Under the pieces are notes generated by a model, which worked only from the letters and a program-made list of their open reading frames with translations, did not search any database and was not told the DNA's origin. The position numbers were made by a program, and so were the translations under genes. Shown here piece by piece: positions 28,301 to 50,517 of a DNA stretch of 64,000 nucleotides. The DNA is from the human T2T-CHM13v2.0 reference genome, Homo sapiens. The stretch lies in NCBI RefSeq assembly GCF_009914755.1, contig NC_060948.1; one strand, given 5' to 3'. The first letter of the stretch is position 1, and every line of letters begins with the position of its first letter.

Positions 28301-30330
28301 TTTTCGCTGTGTCCTATTGCATTTCTTTGAATTACCTCAACCAGCTATTTTGGATTTCCTTTATGAAAGGTCACATATCTCTGTTTCTCCAGGATTTGTC
28401 CCTGGCACCTTATTTAGCTTGTTTGGTGAGGCCGTGTTTTCCTGGATGGTCTTGATACTTGTAGATGTTCATCTATATCTGGGCATTGAAGAGTTTCCTA
28501 CTGTAGTCTTGAAAGTCTGGGCTTGTTTGTGCCCATTATACTTGGGAATGCTTTCCAGGTATTCAAAGAGACTTGGGTCCCAACCGAATAACACAGTAGT
28601 TTATGTAAACACATACAGGTACTGCCTTGGTTGCCTTGGATTCACATCAGGAAAAATTCTCTTGATTTATCAAGTAGAGTCCCTTGTTCTCTTCCCTTAC
28701 TTTCTCTCAAACCAGCATAGTCTCTCTCTCTGTGCTTAGGCATGTGGAGCTGGTGTTGCAGCAACATGAGAAACCCTGTGGCCACCAGCACAAAGACTGT
28801 GCTGGTTCACATCTCAGGTAGGCACAGAACTTGAGTCTCACCCAAGGCCCATTCTAACCACTACTTAGCTACCATATAAGTTTACTCAAAGCCCTAGGAC
28901 TCTATGATTAATAGATGGCAAAGCCAGCCAGATTTGTGTCTCTGCCTACAGCGTGGCAAGTTCCCTGTAGCCATGAGGGGGTCCCTAGATGCTAGGGAGC
29001 CAGAGATTAAAGTATAGAATCTTCAAAATTTACCTGCTCTTCTATTTTACTGTAGCTAACCTGGCATTTAGGGCATAAAACAAAGTATTTTCTACCCTTC
29101 TTTCCTCTGTCTGCAGGCAGAGGAGTCTCTTCTATGACTGCCAACACCACCGGCCCATGGGGTAGTTCTGCCAAATCATCATCAATTTCTCACTTAAAGC
29201 CCAAGGACTCTTTAGTTAGCATGTGATAAATTCTGCAATGCCTGGGACTCGACCTTTGGCCCAGGGCAAGTACAGAAATGCTGACCAAGACCTTAGGTCT
29301 GGACTCAGGGACTCTACGAATCTGCTTGGTGCTCTAACCCACTGTGGCTGAGCTGGTATATGAGGTGCAACACAGCGTTCCCTTTACTTTCCCCCCTGCT
29401 TGTCTCAAATGGAAGAAGTCTTTCACCATAGCTACCACAGTTGGAAATGTGCTGGGTCACACCTGAAGTTAGCACTTCTCAGAGCCCTATACCCATGGTG
29501 TATCACTGGGTATTACCTGGGTATCACTGTTTTTTATTCTGGGTACAGAGGTTCTTTAGTCAGCAGGTGATGAATTCTGCCAGGTCTTTACTGACATGGC
29601 AGCACTGACTTTAATGTTAAGTCCTTCAGTCATTGTGCTCTTCCTCTCCCAAATTCACAAGTTTCTCTGTGCTGTGTGGCTGCTGCTGGGTGGGGGTAGG
29701 GGGAGTGGTATTGTGACCACTCCCTTAGCTGCTCTGACTGGTGTCTCAGTAGTCCACATTCTCCCCAGGCTCCACATTGCACTCGCTCTGAGCCAAGCTC
29801 AGCAGTATGACTTGCCTAATAATTGAAGTCCTTGTGGCCTAGACTGCCCCTTAAGTTCTCTTAGGGTCCAATAGCTCTTCGACTCATGTGGCAAGGCTTG
29901 TAAAGACTCAAGCTCCCAACATTGAGATGGGAGATTTTCATCTTGCTAGGGCAAATCAAAATGTTCTATTGGCAGATGTCAGCTGAGTACAATCTGGGTC
30001 TGCTTTTTACTGTGACAGGGTAGTACTGAGTTTATTTCAAAGCCTCACAATCTGTGCTCTCCCTTTCCCAAACATACAATCTCTGCACCACGTGGCCACT
30101 ACTGGTGGTTGAAAAAGAGGTGGCATCAGTGTTTCTAGACTGTCATTTTTTTGTCTTCTCCAAAGTCTCTTTCAGTGATATGAAGTTAATACCAGGTACT
30201 GTGATTGCTTGCCTCATTTTTGGTCCCTTTGATAGTGCTTCTTGAATATAATAAGTTGTGAAAATTTGGTGTTTGGGTATGGGGGACAAGTGACGTAGAC
30301 TTCTATTCTGTCTTCTTGGTCTCTGCCTTA

Positions 30331-31123
30331 AATTTTTTAGATTCAGGAAGTACTTTTGCAGGTTTGTTACATGGATATATTGTGTAATGCTGAGCTATGT
30401 GGGATATTACTGATCCCATTACCAAGGTAATGAGCATAGTACTCATAGTTTCTCACCCCCTGCCCTCCTCCTTCCCTCCTTCATCTAGTAGTTCTCAGTG
30501 TCAATTGCTGACATCTTTATATTCATGTTTAGATCCCACTTACAGGCAAGAACATGTGGTACTTGGTTTTCCATTCCTGTATTAATTTTCTTAGGATAAT
30601 GGCCTACAGATGCATCCATGTTGCTGCACAGGACTTGATTGTATTCTTTTTAATGTGTGCATAGTATTTTATGGTGTTGGATATTTCTATCCAATTTTTG
30701 ATTCACACGTAAGTTAATTTCATGCCTTCCCTAATGTGAATAGCAATATGATGACATACAAGTGCATTTGGGGTTTCTTTTTAAAAATTTTTTAATTTTC
30801 TTTTGGATATATGCTCAATAATGGAATTTGTGGTTTAATGGTACTTCTGTTTTAAATTCTCTGAAAAATCTCCAAACTGCTTTTCACAGTGGGAAAACTA
30901 ATTTACACCACAGTACATAAGCATTTTATTTTCTCTGAAGTCTAACCAGAATTTATAATTTTTTACTTTTTCTTAGTAGCCATACTGAATAATATGAGAA
31001 GTTATCTTACATTGATTTGCATTTCTCTGATTATTAGTGATGTTGAACATTAAGAAAACCATGCCATTAAAACATTGGCAAGGGACATAAGCAGACACTT
31101 CTCAAAAGAAGACATATGAGTGG
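30331..31123 (-). mobile_element. 5'-truncated L1 (old L1PA/L1PB-like) with a short inverted 5' segment (31051-31123)
   Basis: L1 3' UTR on - strand up to gatgttgaacat, then sense-strand gacataagcagacacttctcaaaagaagacata. Confidence 0.7.
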
Positions 31124-31764
31124 GATTCTTATTCTATCGCAATAAGCTGTCTTTCTTTTGAAAAATACAAAATCAGACCATTTGAAAATTCCCTTTAATT
31201 GTAGTGATTGACAGTATGCTTCCCCTTCTCTATCTCATTTTCTTATTCGTGAATTTTTTATGATCATTATGAATCCACTCAGCAGAGTAACCTCCGTTCT
31301 TAATCTGTGTGAATTGTGCTGATGAGCTAGTCAGCTCTCTTAAAATCACCAACAAGGGTTTTAAATTTCCTAGTTAGTAATATATTTTTGGCATGCCACA
31401 GGATACTCTTAGTACGATGTCTTCTGATCCACGCATTATGGATTGTGGTGATTAGTTTTTTAGATTTCTATAAGCTTTGAAATTAAGAGGTATATATCTA
31501 AAATAAATTGGACTTCATACTCTTTCCACGTTTATTGGGTTTGTTAATTATTCCATAGAAAACAGTTGAAAGACTTTTGTAGAATTCAATTCTGTTTTAC
31601 CATATTTAGGGTTAAAAGAAGGGAATTATATTGATGTAACTGAGAGACTGAATTAACCTGTCATCACATGTGATTTTTCTGGAGTTTTTTAATGTTAGTG
31701 ACATCATTTTCAATATGTCAATGCCTAGCTTGGGTTTCTAGGGGAGACATGAGTAGCTAGTACT

Positions 31765-32250
31765 ATCCGTCTAAAATATAATGACAAGTGGAGTTGAATC
31801 TCCCAGTTCTTGAATCTGTGCTGGTCACAATGACTTGCTTTACCAATAGGATGCAGCAGAAGTCAAATTCTAGGACCTCCAAGCCTAGGTCATAAGAAGC
31901 TTTGTAGTATTTCTCTGTGTGTCTTGGGACCAACTACCATGTTCTGAGGACTCCAGGTAACATGGAGAGGCCAGATAGGCACCACACACAACAGCCAATA
32001 GGCACTGTCAGCCATGTGAGTAACCCATCTAGGCTCTTCAGCCTAGTTGAGTTTTCAGGTAACTTCAGTAGCAGCAACCAATAGCAGCTGCAAGACAAAC
32101 TCCAAAACAGAACTGTTGTAGCTCCCATCAACCCACAAAACCTTGAGAAATAATGTTATTTAAAATTACTAAATAAAAATAACAATAAAAATATTAAACA
32201 ATAAATAATTCCTTAAGTTTTGGAATGGCTTGCTATTCAGCAACAGAGAG
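31765..32250 (+). mobile_element. MLT1-type MaLR LTR remnant
   Basis: cttgaatctgtgctggtcacaatgacttgctttaccaatag...gttttggaatggcttgctattcagcaacagagagctagaa. Confidence 0.6.
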
Positions 32251-32418
32251 CTAGAATAAGTTCTAAATATTTCACAATACTGAATGAGTATAAGTTTAGT
32301 CGTGTAATATACTTCTATATTTTAAAGCCATTGACATTTCTGGACAGAGTGTGAAAGTGAGCACTGATCAAATGGTTCCCAAGAGAAGTTGCCTATTCTA
32401 TCTCAAAATCATCATTTA

Positions 32419-34115
<1,697 letters not shown>

Positions 34116-36109
34116 AGAAAGGCACATGCTATTTTGAAAAAACATTTGAGAGAATCAGAAAAGTGTAAACTTTAAGCCTCTAATCATATTTGTATGCTAT
34201 TTAACCCATAAATATGAAGTCTGATGGCAAATATGTTTATGTTACACTGACTTTTGCATAAATAAGTTAAACAAACAGTTTTCTTTTTAAGTGATAGGGC
34301 TTATAATAGGTATAATGTTAAGATGGCTGCAGTGAATGGGCTCATCACCATAATAATATTTTCTCTTTAATACTTTTATGGAATATTAAGTGAGAACCAG
34401 AGAGTCTAAAACTGGGTTACATAGCAGTAATAAAATCAGAGTGACACTTAATTTGCAGCAGCAAGATTGGAATTCTTGCTGTTGAGGTTGGTGGTAGCAA
34501 ACTCAATTATGGGTGGTTTCTGCTTCATGCTTAGGTGGTGTGTTGAAAGATTTCCTCTTTAGAATTTTCAAACACTTCCTGAGTAGAGCTGTTTAAAATA
34601 AAAACAAAACCCTCTGATTTTGAATTTAGCCAATTTATTTTTAAAATTTGTACATATGTTTCTAATTTTTAAACTGTGGCTTTCATGTAGACAGAAATTA
34701 TATCTTATACCTCTTTTTCTTCGGCAGTGGTGTGACTGGCACCTAGTTGAATTGCCAAGTTTCTTGAATAAGTAAAGTAAAATTATACCAGAAGTAAACT
34801 CTTACATGTATCAACTTTACTCAGAAAATATATTGCTAAGTAAGACGTATGAATCAATTCACTCACTTATTTAACAAACATTTATTAAGTGACTACATTA
34901 TGCTATGAGCTAGGAATATGGCAATAAACAAATCTCACCTTGCCTCAAACTTCAGTGGATCCAGAAGTCTCTAGAAGTTTAATTCTTTCTCAATCAGCAA
35001 TTCCTCTTCACTGAAGACTTGACAAGAAGGTTTGAGAAGGCAAGAGTGTGTGAACTCAGCAGATGTTTGTGATGCACCTACTGTGTGCCAGAAGCTGTAG
35101 TGTCAAAGAATCTACCTGTCTCCTAGGAAAGGTGAACACTAAAAACATTATTTTAAGCAACAAAAAAAATTCCAAGTATGCCAAGTGATGGCGAGAGAAA
35201 GCACTGGGTCCCAAGAGTATAATGGGCACTGAGCCTAGTGTGGGGTCCAGGCATCCCTGGCATTGTGCCCTCCTAGGTCATGGTTGTCCCTCCTTGTTGC
35301 TCCTGCTGTCCTCTTCAGTTACATGTTATGTGCTGCTTGATGCTCTGCATTGATGTCCACAGGGCTCAGATTTCCCTAGTGGAGTGCTTGGGCCATTCTT
35401 GTCATATGGCTCTGAAGACTTTGTTCACAGCGTGTACTTGCCAGATGGGGAAGCCAGAGATCTGGGGTCCTCTGTTGAGGCCACTCTCACCCCAATTATC
35501 TTCCCTGACATACCTAACAGATGAAGCTCAGGTGAGCGATGAATGTCAGGCCACAATGTGGACCATGTACAATTCTTCAAGTTCCAGCTTTAACTCTCTT
35601 TCTTATTTCTCTCTTATGACAGTATATTTAGATGGAAGTAAATGAAAATAATGTCATTAGGGGATAAGATTAAAATATATCCCACTTGCAAAAAAAGAAG
35701 TAGATTATTTGTGAACTGCAGTACTTTATTTTTAGTGAGAAATCACCTTAAAACTTGGAAACTGGATACAAGATAATTATTTCATTCTGCAAATGTTTAG
35801 TAGAAAACTATATGCCAGGACTGTGCTAGGCACTAGGGATACATGGTTGAATATTTAGTATAAGATGCCTTGCAGTTTCATATAAATGGCTAATGCAGCA
35901 TATACAGTGTGGTAAAAATAGACTTCTGAGATGCACAGAAGACAGGCATTAAAGGGTATTTAAATTGTGGATAAATGTGTTTGGATGTTTCACTCAGGGC
36001 TGTTGAAGTTTTTTAAGATCAGTGGTCTCAGAGTCTTGGTGTTTTCAGGCTCTGCTAAGTACTTTGTTTCTAGCTGATTATTGGCCACCATTACTGATCA
36101 TCAACTGGC

Positions 36110-36640
36110 TCTGTCTGATCCAGCTACTCCACCACTGGGTACATACACAAAGGAAAAGAAATAAAATTATTAGAAAGATACCTGTACTTGCATGTTTCCT
36201 GCAACACTATTCACAGTAGCACAGATACAAATCAACCTAAATACCCATCAACAGATTATTGGAGAAAGAAAATGTAGAAAATATACACAATGAAATAATG
36301 TTCAGGAATAAAAAAGAATAAAATCATAACTTCTGGAGACACATGAATGGAACTGGAGGCCATTATTGTAAGTGAAACCAGCCAGACACAGAGTAAACAT
36401 TGTATTTCTCACGCATAAGTGGATGCTTAAAGATGTCTAGGTATTGATGTAGATAGTGGAATGATAATGGAGACTCAGCAGGGTGAGGGGATGGAAGGGG
36501 TGAATAGTGGGAAATTACTTAATGGTTACAATGTCCATTATTCCGGTAATGGATACCCTAAAAGCCCTGACTTCACCACTATGTAATCCATGCTTAGAGC
36601 AAAATTACAACTTGTAACCCATAAATTTATACCCCAAAAG
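36110..36640 (+). mobile_element. Old L1 3' end fragment
   Basis: gatccagctactccaccactggg...gaatggaactggaggccattattgtaagtgaa...ccctgacttcaccactatg. Confidence 0.75.
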
Positions 36641-39600
36641 TATTAGACCTCTCTCTCTTCTCTTCTGTCATAAGTCTCAGAGCTCAGTGATCCCCTTGGA
36701 TCTCCTCAGCCTGCTAAGTTTTGACTTTCCTACCTAACGTGATTTTGGGCAGACATAGGAGAGTGTTTCAGGAAGATGCTCTCAGACACACTGCTTCTGA
36801 AGCAACATCAGAGGCTCTCCTGGTGGCCTTTATCTATTCACTGCTTTTAGCAAGGAATAAATCATCTGTGTCTAAAATTTAAAAAACTGTGTTTCCCACC
36901 TACCATACAGACCTGACAGAAGAGATTTTAGAATTTTAAGGAAACAGCTTTTTCCTGAACCAAACGGACACAGTAGTGCAAAGGCCAATGTCACATAAGT
37001 ACCTTTTCCCCATCTGTAACATAACTCTCAGATGCTATTCCCACAGCTGGAATCAGTACAATGTTGTGACTGAGGTACTGGAAAAGCCTATGAGCTCATT
37101 ATCATTTGAACACATGAATAACATAAAATTTAGGCAGAATTTTATCTGAAAGGAATATTTACACAAGTTTTAGTTAACAGATTTATATTGTGGTTATTTC
37201 AAACAATAAAAATCAGCTTCTTATGTTGCAAGCTAGAAATATGTACAATAACACATGGTCTTGATTATCTCACCTGATGAATTGAAGATTAAAGCAAAAT
37301 AGGGAACTTTGTGAAAGTTTCTGTTTAACTTTGCCTTATAATGACTTCAAACTGTTGTGCATATATAGAGAACTCCTGACTGAAGAGACATTTTTGGACT
37401 ATTGTGCTATGTTTATTATTGTAACTTTTTAAGATCTGGAGGAACACACATTTAGTCTCAGTTGGCCCAGTAAATGTTTAGGAATCAGCTTATGTGTTAT
37501 GTGCTGAGTACTGAAGCAACAGTAGAGACAAGGGCACTGCCCTCACAGAGTCTGGGGGAGAAAACCTGATGGAGTGTGGCATGGAACACTCTGGGAGCAT
37601 CCCAGGATGCCAAAAGTGCACACAGATGGAACACATGCCTTAGAATGGGGGAGGGTCAGGCAAGGAGAATTGTCAGGAAAAAACAAGGAAAGATCTGCAG
37701 CAATAGAAACACACTTGAGAAATTCATGGGGAATGAAAAGAGAATGGGTGAGCAGCAGCAGAGTGTCAAGAAGGAAACCAAGAAGGAGCAGCCAAAATGT
37801 TGATGGAGAATGAGGAGAAAGAAGGTGACACTGAAGCCAAGGAGAGGAAAGTGTTTCAACATTTCTGGAAAACAAAATCACATGATCTGTCTTAATGTTG
37901 CTGTTTTATGAGTCATATAGCCACATTCCAGGTTCTGAGATGTCCAGCAATAGAGATGTTTCTTTTAGTTTGCTTAACCCAGCATTTGCCAGAATAATCT
38001 GGGCTCAGTGTGAGTGTGTGCAAGTGTGTGTGTGTATGAGTGTGCATGCACCTGTGGGTTCCACTAATATCTCACTGAGGCTAGTGTTCTATACAACACA
38101 ATTTTTTAAACACTGGTTTTATCCATCCTATGTTCAGCTGCAGCAATACTTACAAAGATCAACTTTGATCATGTGTCTTAGTTACTAAAGAAAATATAAC
38201 AAACTAATGAATAAAGCCCACCCTGCAGTGGCTCCTTACTACCTGTACAGTATAGCCCAACTGGCTTGGCCTGGGTGCCCTGTACTGACCTGGCTGTACT
38301 GCTGTCTGCCTGCTCTTTTGTATCCCCTTTCCTCCTGGAGAAAGTAGGGATGCTCTGAGCTTTGGCCAGCATTGAACCTGTGTCCTTCTTCTAAAGTGGA
38401 CCATGTTTTCTTGAGTCCACTTTAATCTCTTTTAAGGGCATAGATCAAATAATTTATATTATTTCCTCTCCTTTTCTCCCCTACCAATCTCCATACAAAG
38501 AGCTGAACTTTCCTTAAAGCTTTTGGTCAGGTTTCACTCTGTATGCAGTTTTCCTGCCACTTCTGCAATGTACACACTGTACTGGTACATAAATTATGCT
38601 ATACCATGCCAGGTTTTTCATTTATGTATCACTTTATATCATCTTTTTTTCTTAGAGCTTACTTCACTTATTTATTCAATCTTTCACAATATAATTGTAT
38701 GTCATATAATGTTATATTTATTTTCATTGGTATTTGTATACCTTTTCTGTAAAATAGAGCCTTTCTAAATAGATCTTCATTAATGTTGAAAGAACAAAGT
38801 TTTAAGTCTTGGTCTCAGCCAAAATGAGGTCCCCGAATATCCAGGAGGGCATGAAACACTTGCATTGTTGCACAAGATATTATTACAGAGAAAGAGAAAC
38901 ATGTGTAATGGAAAATTGCTAACTTTGCCTCAGGGAGATCAGGCTGATTCACTGAGAAAGTTTAAATTAGTTTAGAAAGCACAGTCCTGAGTTTTCTAGG
39001 AGAAGGAGAAAAGTTAGTATAGGGCATAAGAAGTAATGCCCAATTCAAAAAGTTAGAAAGATCTCATATTAACAACCTAACATCATAACTGAAAGAATTA
39101 GAATAGCAAGAGGAAATCAACCACAAAGCTTGCAGAGGATAAGAAATAACTAAAATCACAGCTGAATTGGAAAAAAAATTGAGACATAAAAAACTGTTCA
39201 AATGGTCACTTAATCAACGTTTTCTGAAAAAAATTAATAGGATAGATAGGCACTAGCTAGATGAATAAAGAAGAAAAGAGAGAAGATTCAAATAAACGTA
39301 ATTATAAATGATGAAGGTAATGTTACCACTGACCCCACAGAAATAAAAATAACAATCAACAACTACTACGAACACCTCTACACACTCAAACAAAAAACCC
39401 TAGAAGAGATGAATAAATTCCTGGACACATACACCTTCTAAAGACTGAACCAGGAAGAAATTCAGTCTCTGAACAGACAAATAATGAGCTCCAAAAATTG
39501 AATCCGTAGTAAACAGCCTACCAACCAAGGAAAAAAATAAAGCCCAGGACCTGATAGATTAACTGTCAAATTTTAACATATGTACAAATTAGAGCTAGTA

Positions 39601-41355
39601 CCATTCCTACTAAAACTATTTCAAGAAATAGTGAAGGAGGGACTTCTTCCCAACTTCTTCTATAAGGCCAGCATCATCCTGATACCAAAGCCTGGCAGTG
39701 ACACAACAAAAAAGGAAAGCTTCAGGCCAGTATCCTTGATGAATGTCCATTCAATAATCTACAACAAAATCCTTGCAAAGTGAATCCAGCAACATATCAA
39801 AAGGGTAATTCACCACAGTGAATTAGGCTTCTTCCCTGGAATGGAAGGTTGTTCTATAATGGGCAAATCAATAAAATGTGATTCATAACATAAATAAAAC
39901 TAAAGACAATAACCATATGATGGTCTGAATAGATACAGAAAAGGCTTTCAGTAAAATTCAACAATGTTTCACATTAAAAACTCTCAATAAGTGAGGTATT
40001 GAAGGAACATACCTCAAAATAATAAAGCCACCTATGACAAACTCACAGCCAACATTATGCTAAATGGGCGAAATCTGGAAGCATTCTCCCTGAAACCCAC
40101 ACAAGCACACAAGACAAGGATGTGCTCTCTCACCACTCCTATTCAACATAGTGTTAGAAGTCCTTGCTGGAGCAATCAGAGAAGAGAAAGAAATAAAGGT
40201 TATTAAAAAAAGAAATAAAGGGTATGTAAATAGAAAGAGAAGTCCAACTACCTCTGTTTGCAGACAACATAATTCTCTATCTAAAACCTATAGTTGTGAC
40301 CCAAAATGCTCCGTAAGCTGATAAACAACTTCCACGTGGTTTCAGTGTACAAAATCAATGTACAAAATTTGCTAGCATTCCTATACACGAAGAAGAGCCA
40401 AACTGAGAGACAAACCAGAAAGGCAATTGTATTCACGATTTTCACAAAAAGAATAAAATACCTAGAAATACAGCTAACCAGGGAGGTGAAAGATCTCTGC
40501 AATGAAAATTACAAAACACTGCTCAAAGAAGTCACACGAGACACAAAGAAATGGAAAATTATTCCATGTTAATGGAGAGAAAGAACTGATATCATTTAAA
40601 TCACCATACTGCCCAAAGCTCTTCCTATGAAACTACCAATGACAAGCTTCATGGAACTAGAAAAAGCTATTTAAAAATGTATATAGAACCAAGAAAGAAC
40701 TTAAATAGCCAAGGCAATCCTAAGCAAAAGAACAAAGCTTGAGGCATCACATTACGGGACTTCAAACGATACTACAGCACTACAGTAACCAAAACAGCAG
40801 GGCACCCGTACAAAAACAGAGGCACACACCAATGGAACAGCGTAGAGAGCCCAGAAATAAGACCGCACACCTACAACTATCTAATGTTTGACAAAGCTGG
40901 CAAAAACAAGCAATGGGGAAAAGTCTCCCTATACAATAAGTGTTGCTGGGATAGCTGGCTAGCCATACGTAGAAGACTGAAGCTGGACCTCTTCCTTACA
41001 CTCTACACAAAAATCAACTCAAGATGGATTAAAGACTTAAATGCAAAACCCAAAACTATAAGAGCCCTGGAAGACAACCTAGGCAATACCATCCTGGACA
41101 TAAAAACAGGCAAAGATTTCATGATAAAGACACCAAAAACAATTACAACAAATGCAAATATTGACAAGTGGGGTCTAATTAAACTTAAAAGCCTCTGCTC
41201 AGCAAAAGAAATTATCGATAGAGTGAAGAGACAACCTACAGAATAAGAAAACATATTTACAAACTATGTATCTGACAAAGGTCTAATATTCAACATAGAG
41301 AACTTAAATAAATTTACAAGAGAAAAACAAACAACCCTATTAAAGAGTTGCCAAA

Positions 41356-42945
41356 TAATTGTCTACTCGTGTCCTTAGCCTACTTTTTTATGGGATTTTT
41401 TTTTTCTTTCTAATTTGTTTGAGCTTGTTGTAGATCCTGGATATTAGTCTTTTGTCAGATATACAGATTGTGAAGATTTTCTCCCAGTCTGTAGATTGTC
41501 TGCTTACTCTGCTGACTGTTCCTTTAGTCGTGAAAAAGCTCTTTAGTTTAATTAAATCCCACCTATTTATCTTTGTTTTTCTTGCATTTGCTTTTGGGTT
41601 CTTGGTCATGAAATCCTTGCCTAAGCCAATGTCTAGAATGTTTTTTGATGTCATCTTCTAGAATTTTTTAAGTTTCAGGTCTTAGATTTAAGTCGTTGAT
41701 CCATCTCGTGTTGATTTTTGTAGAAGGTGAGACATGAAGATCCAGTTTCATTCTCCTACATGTGGCTTGCCAATTATCCCAGCACCATTTGTTAAGTAGG
41801 GCGTTCTTTCCCCACTCTGTTTCTGTTTACTTTGTGAAAGATCAGATGGCTGTAAATATTTGGGTTAATTTCTGGGTTGTCTATTATGTTTCATTTGTCT
41901 ATGTGCTTACTTTTATACCAGAACCATGCTGTTTTGGTGACTATGGTCTTATGCTATAGTTTGAAATCAGGTAATGTGATGTCTTCTAATTTGTTCTTTT
42001 TGCTTAGCATTGCTTTGGCTATGCGGGCTCTTTTTTGAATTCTAGAATTGTTTTTTGTAGTTCTGTGAAGAATGATGGTGGTATTTTGATGGCAATTGCA
42101 TTGAATTTGTAGATTGCTTTTGGCAATATGGTCATACAAAATTCTTAGAAGATATACAAATGGCCAACAAATATATGAAAAAATGCTCAACATCACTAAT
42201 AATCAGGGAAATGCAAATTACAACCATTATGCGATACCACCTTACTCCCACAAGAATGGTCATAATCAAAAAATAAAAACATAATAGATGTTGGTGTGAG
42301 TGTGGTGAAAAGGGAACACTTCTACACTGCTGGTGGGAATGTAAGGTAGTACAATCACTATGGAAAACTGTGTGGAGATTCCTTAAAGAACTGAAAGGAG
42401 AAGAACCATTTGACCCCACAATCCCACTACTGGCTATGTACCCAGAGGAAAAAAAGAAGTTATTATACAAAAAAGATGCTTGCACATGCATATTTATAGC
42501 AGCACAATTTGCAATTGCAAAAATGTACAACCAATCCAATTGCCCGTCAGTCAATGAGTGGATAAAGAAACTGGGGTATAGATGTAGGATGGAGCACTAC
42601 TCAGCCATAAAAAGAAATTAATCAATGGCAATTTCAGCAACCTGGATGGGATTGAAGACTATTAACTCAAGTGAAGTAATGGAATGGAAAACCAAACATC
42701 TTACATTCTCACTTATAAGAGGGAGCTAAGCTATAAGGAGGCAAAGGCATAAGAATAACACAATGGACTTTAAGGACTCACGGGGAAAGGGGTAAAAGGG
42801 GTGAGGGACAAAGGGATACAAATTTGGTTCAGTATATACTGATGAGGTGATGGATGTACCAAAATTTTACAAATCACCAATAAATAACTTACTAATGTAA
42901 CCAAATACCACCTGTTGTCCCAAAACCTATGGAAATAAAAAACAA
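41356..42945 (+). mobile_element. Nested L1PB-like element with 5' inversion (inverted 41356-42135, sense 42136-42945)
   Basis: Antisense ORF2 then sense ORF2 and an L1PB-type 3' end (aaataccacctgttgtcccaaaacctatggaaataaaaaa); degenerate TSD ttaaagagttgccaaa / ttaaaaagtgggcaaa. Confidence 0.8.
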
Positions 42946-43410
42946 TTTAAAAAGTGGGCAAAAGACATGAATACTTTTCAAAAGAATACATACATGTGAC
43001 CAACAACCATAGAATACAAAGCTCAATATCACCGATCACTAGAGAAATTCAAATTAAACGCACAGTGAGACACCATCTCACACCAGCCATAATGGCCATT
43101 ATTAAGAAGTCAAAAAATAACAGACACTGGCAAGGTTGTGGAGAAAAACAATACATACACTGTTGGTTGGAATGTGTATTGGTCCCACCGTTGTGGAGAG
43201 CAGTATGGTAATTCCTCGAAAGAGCTAAAAGCAGAACCATCACTTGACCCAGTAATCTCATCACTGGGAATATACCCAGAGTTATATAAATTGTTCTATC
43301 ATAAAGTCACAAGCAAGTACATGTTTATTGCAGCACTATTCAGAAAAGTAAAGATATGGAATCAACCTAAATGCCCATCAATGACAGATTGAATAAAGAT
43401 AATGTGGGAC

Positions 43411-43948
43411 AAGATAATGGAGCAAAAGTTAAATATTAAATTTGAATTCAACTGAACATGGACACAAACAATGGTCACTGAGACATGGAACAAGTTGTGT
43501 GAGCCCCTTGAGGCATTCATTCAGTGCTCTTTCAGAGAAATAGTTATTGAAAAACAACAGACATTTCAAAAACAATTGCACCACCACGCCGGGCTAATTT
43601 TTGTATTTTTAGTAGAGATGGGGTTTTACCAGTTTGGCCAGGCTGGTCTTGAACACCTGACCTCAAGTGATGCACCAGCCTTGGCCTCCAAAGGTGCTGG
43701 GACTACAGGCTTGTGAAGGTATGCTTTTGATGACCATTTTGTATTCCTTGAGCCCAGTCAAGAAGGGCCCACATGACTGGGCCTCATGTTAAACAACTTT
43801 TAAGAAGAAGAGCTAGTTTCCAAGACCACGCCGAAGCTTCATGGGACCTCTCTTCATCTGTACATGGACTAGTGGCCAACTCTGGAGGCCAGGTAGTTGC
43901 TTCCCCATCTGGTGATGAATCCTCCATTATCTGGTGAATATATATATG

Positions 43949-43993
<45 letters not shown>

Positions 43994-44204
43994 TACACAC
44001 ATACATATGTATATGTATATATTATATATAATATGTCTTTTCCCTTCTCCCCTTCCCATCACAATTTGTTTATTATATCATTGGCTTATTAGATGATTTG
44101 TTTATTATATCTGTGTTGCCATATACTTGGGATAAAGTCTGTTTACCCTTAAAAGTATTGTGTGTTTCTTTTCTTCTCTCCTTACACATTTTCCACACAG
44201 AACA
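43411..44204 (+). mobile_element. Solo LTR-like element (family not assigned) with an internal Alu-junction fragment and (TG)n/(TA)n repeats
   Basis: Non-L1 insert within L1 sequence (...aatgtgg | ... | cacatatgtaccatggaatac), ends ttccacacagaaca. Confidence 0.55.
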
Positions 44205-44480
44205 CACATATGTACCATGGAATACTATGCAGCTACTTGTTCTCACTTATAAGTGGGAGCTAAATAATGAGAACTTAGGAACACAAAGAAGGAAACAACA
44301 CACACTGGGTTCTACTTGATGGAGGAGGGTGGGAGGAGGGAGAGGAACAGAAAAGATAACAATGGAGTACTGGGCTTAATACCTGGGTTATGAAATAACC
44401 TGTATAACAAGCCCCTGTGATATGAGTTTATCTATGTAACAAACCTTCACACGTACCCCTGAACATACAATTGAAAAAAA

Positions 44481-50517
<6,037 letters not shown>

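Larger units (their letters stand above)
19680..30330 (-). mobile_element. Near full-length old L1 (L1MA-like) from 3' end to 5' UTR, interrupted by MaLR and Alu insertions
   Basis: L1MA-type 3' end (ttttgtgggtacacagttggtgtatatattta...tttgatacaggcatgcag); ORF2 remnants ISQIIFFADDIILY and DIYRKFHPTATEYTFFSSVHG; long GC-richer 5' UTR at 28.7-30.3 kb. Confidence 0.85.
39030..44480 (+). mobile_element. Host L1 (old L1PA-like) ORF2 to 3' end, interrupted by a nested L1 and an LTR
   Basis: ORF2 remnants [11 protein letters not shown]...[17 protein letters not shown] and [12 protein letters not shown]...[11 protein letters not shown]; resumes at ~42946 and ~44205; ends gtaacaaaccttcacacgtacccctgaac plus an A-rich tail. 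Confidence 0.85.
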
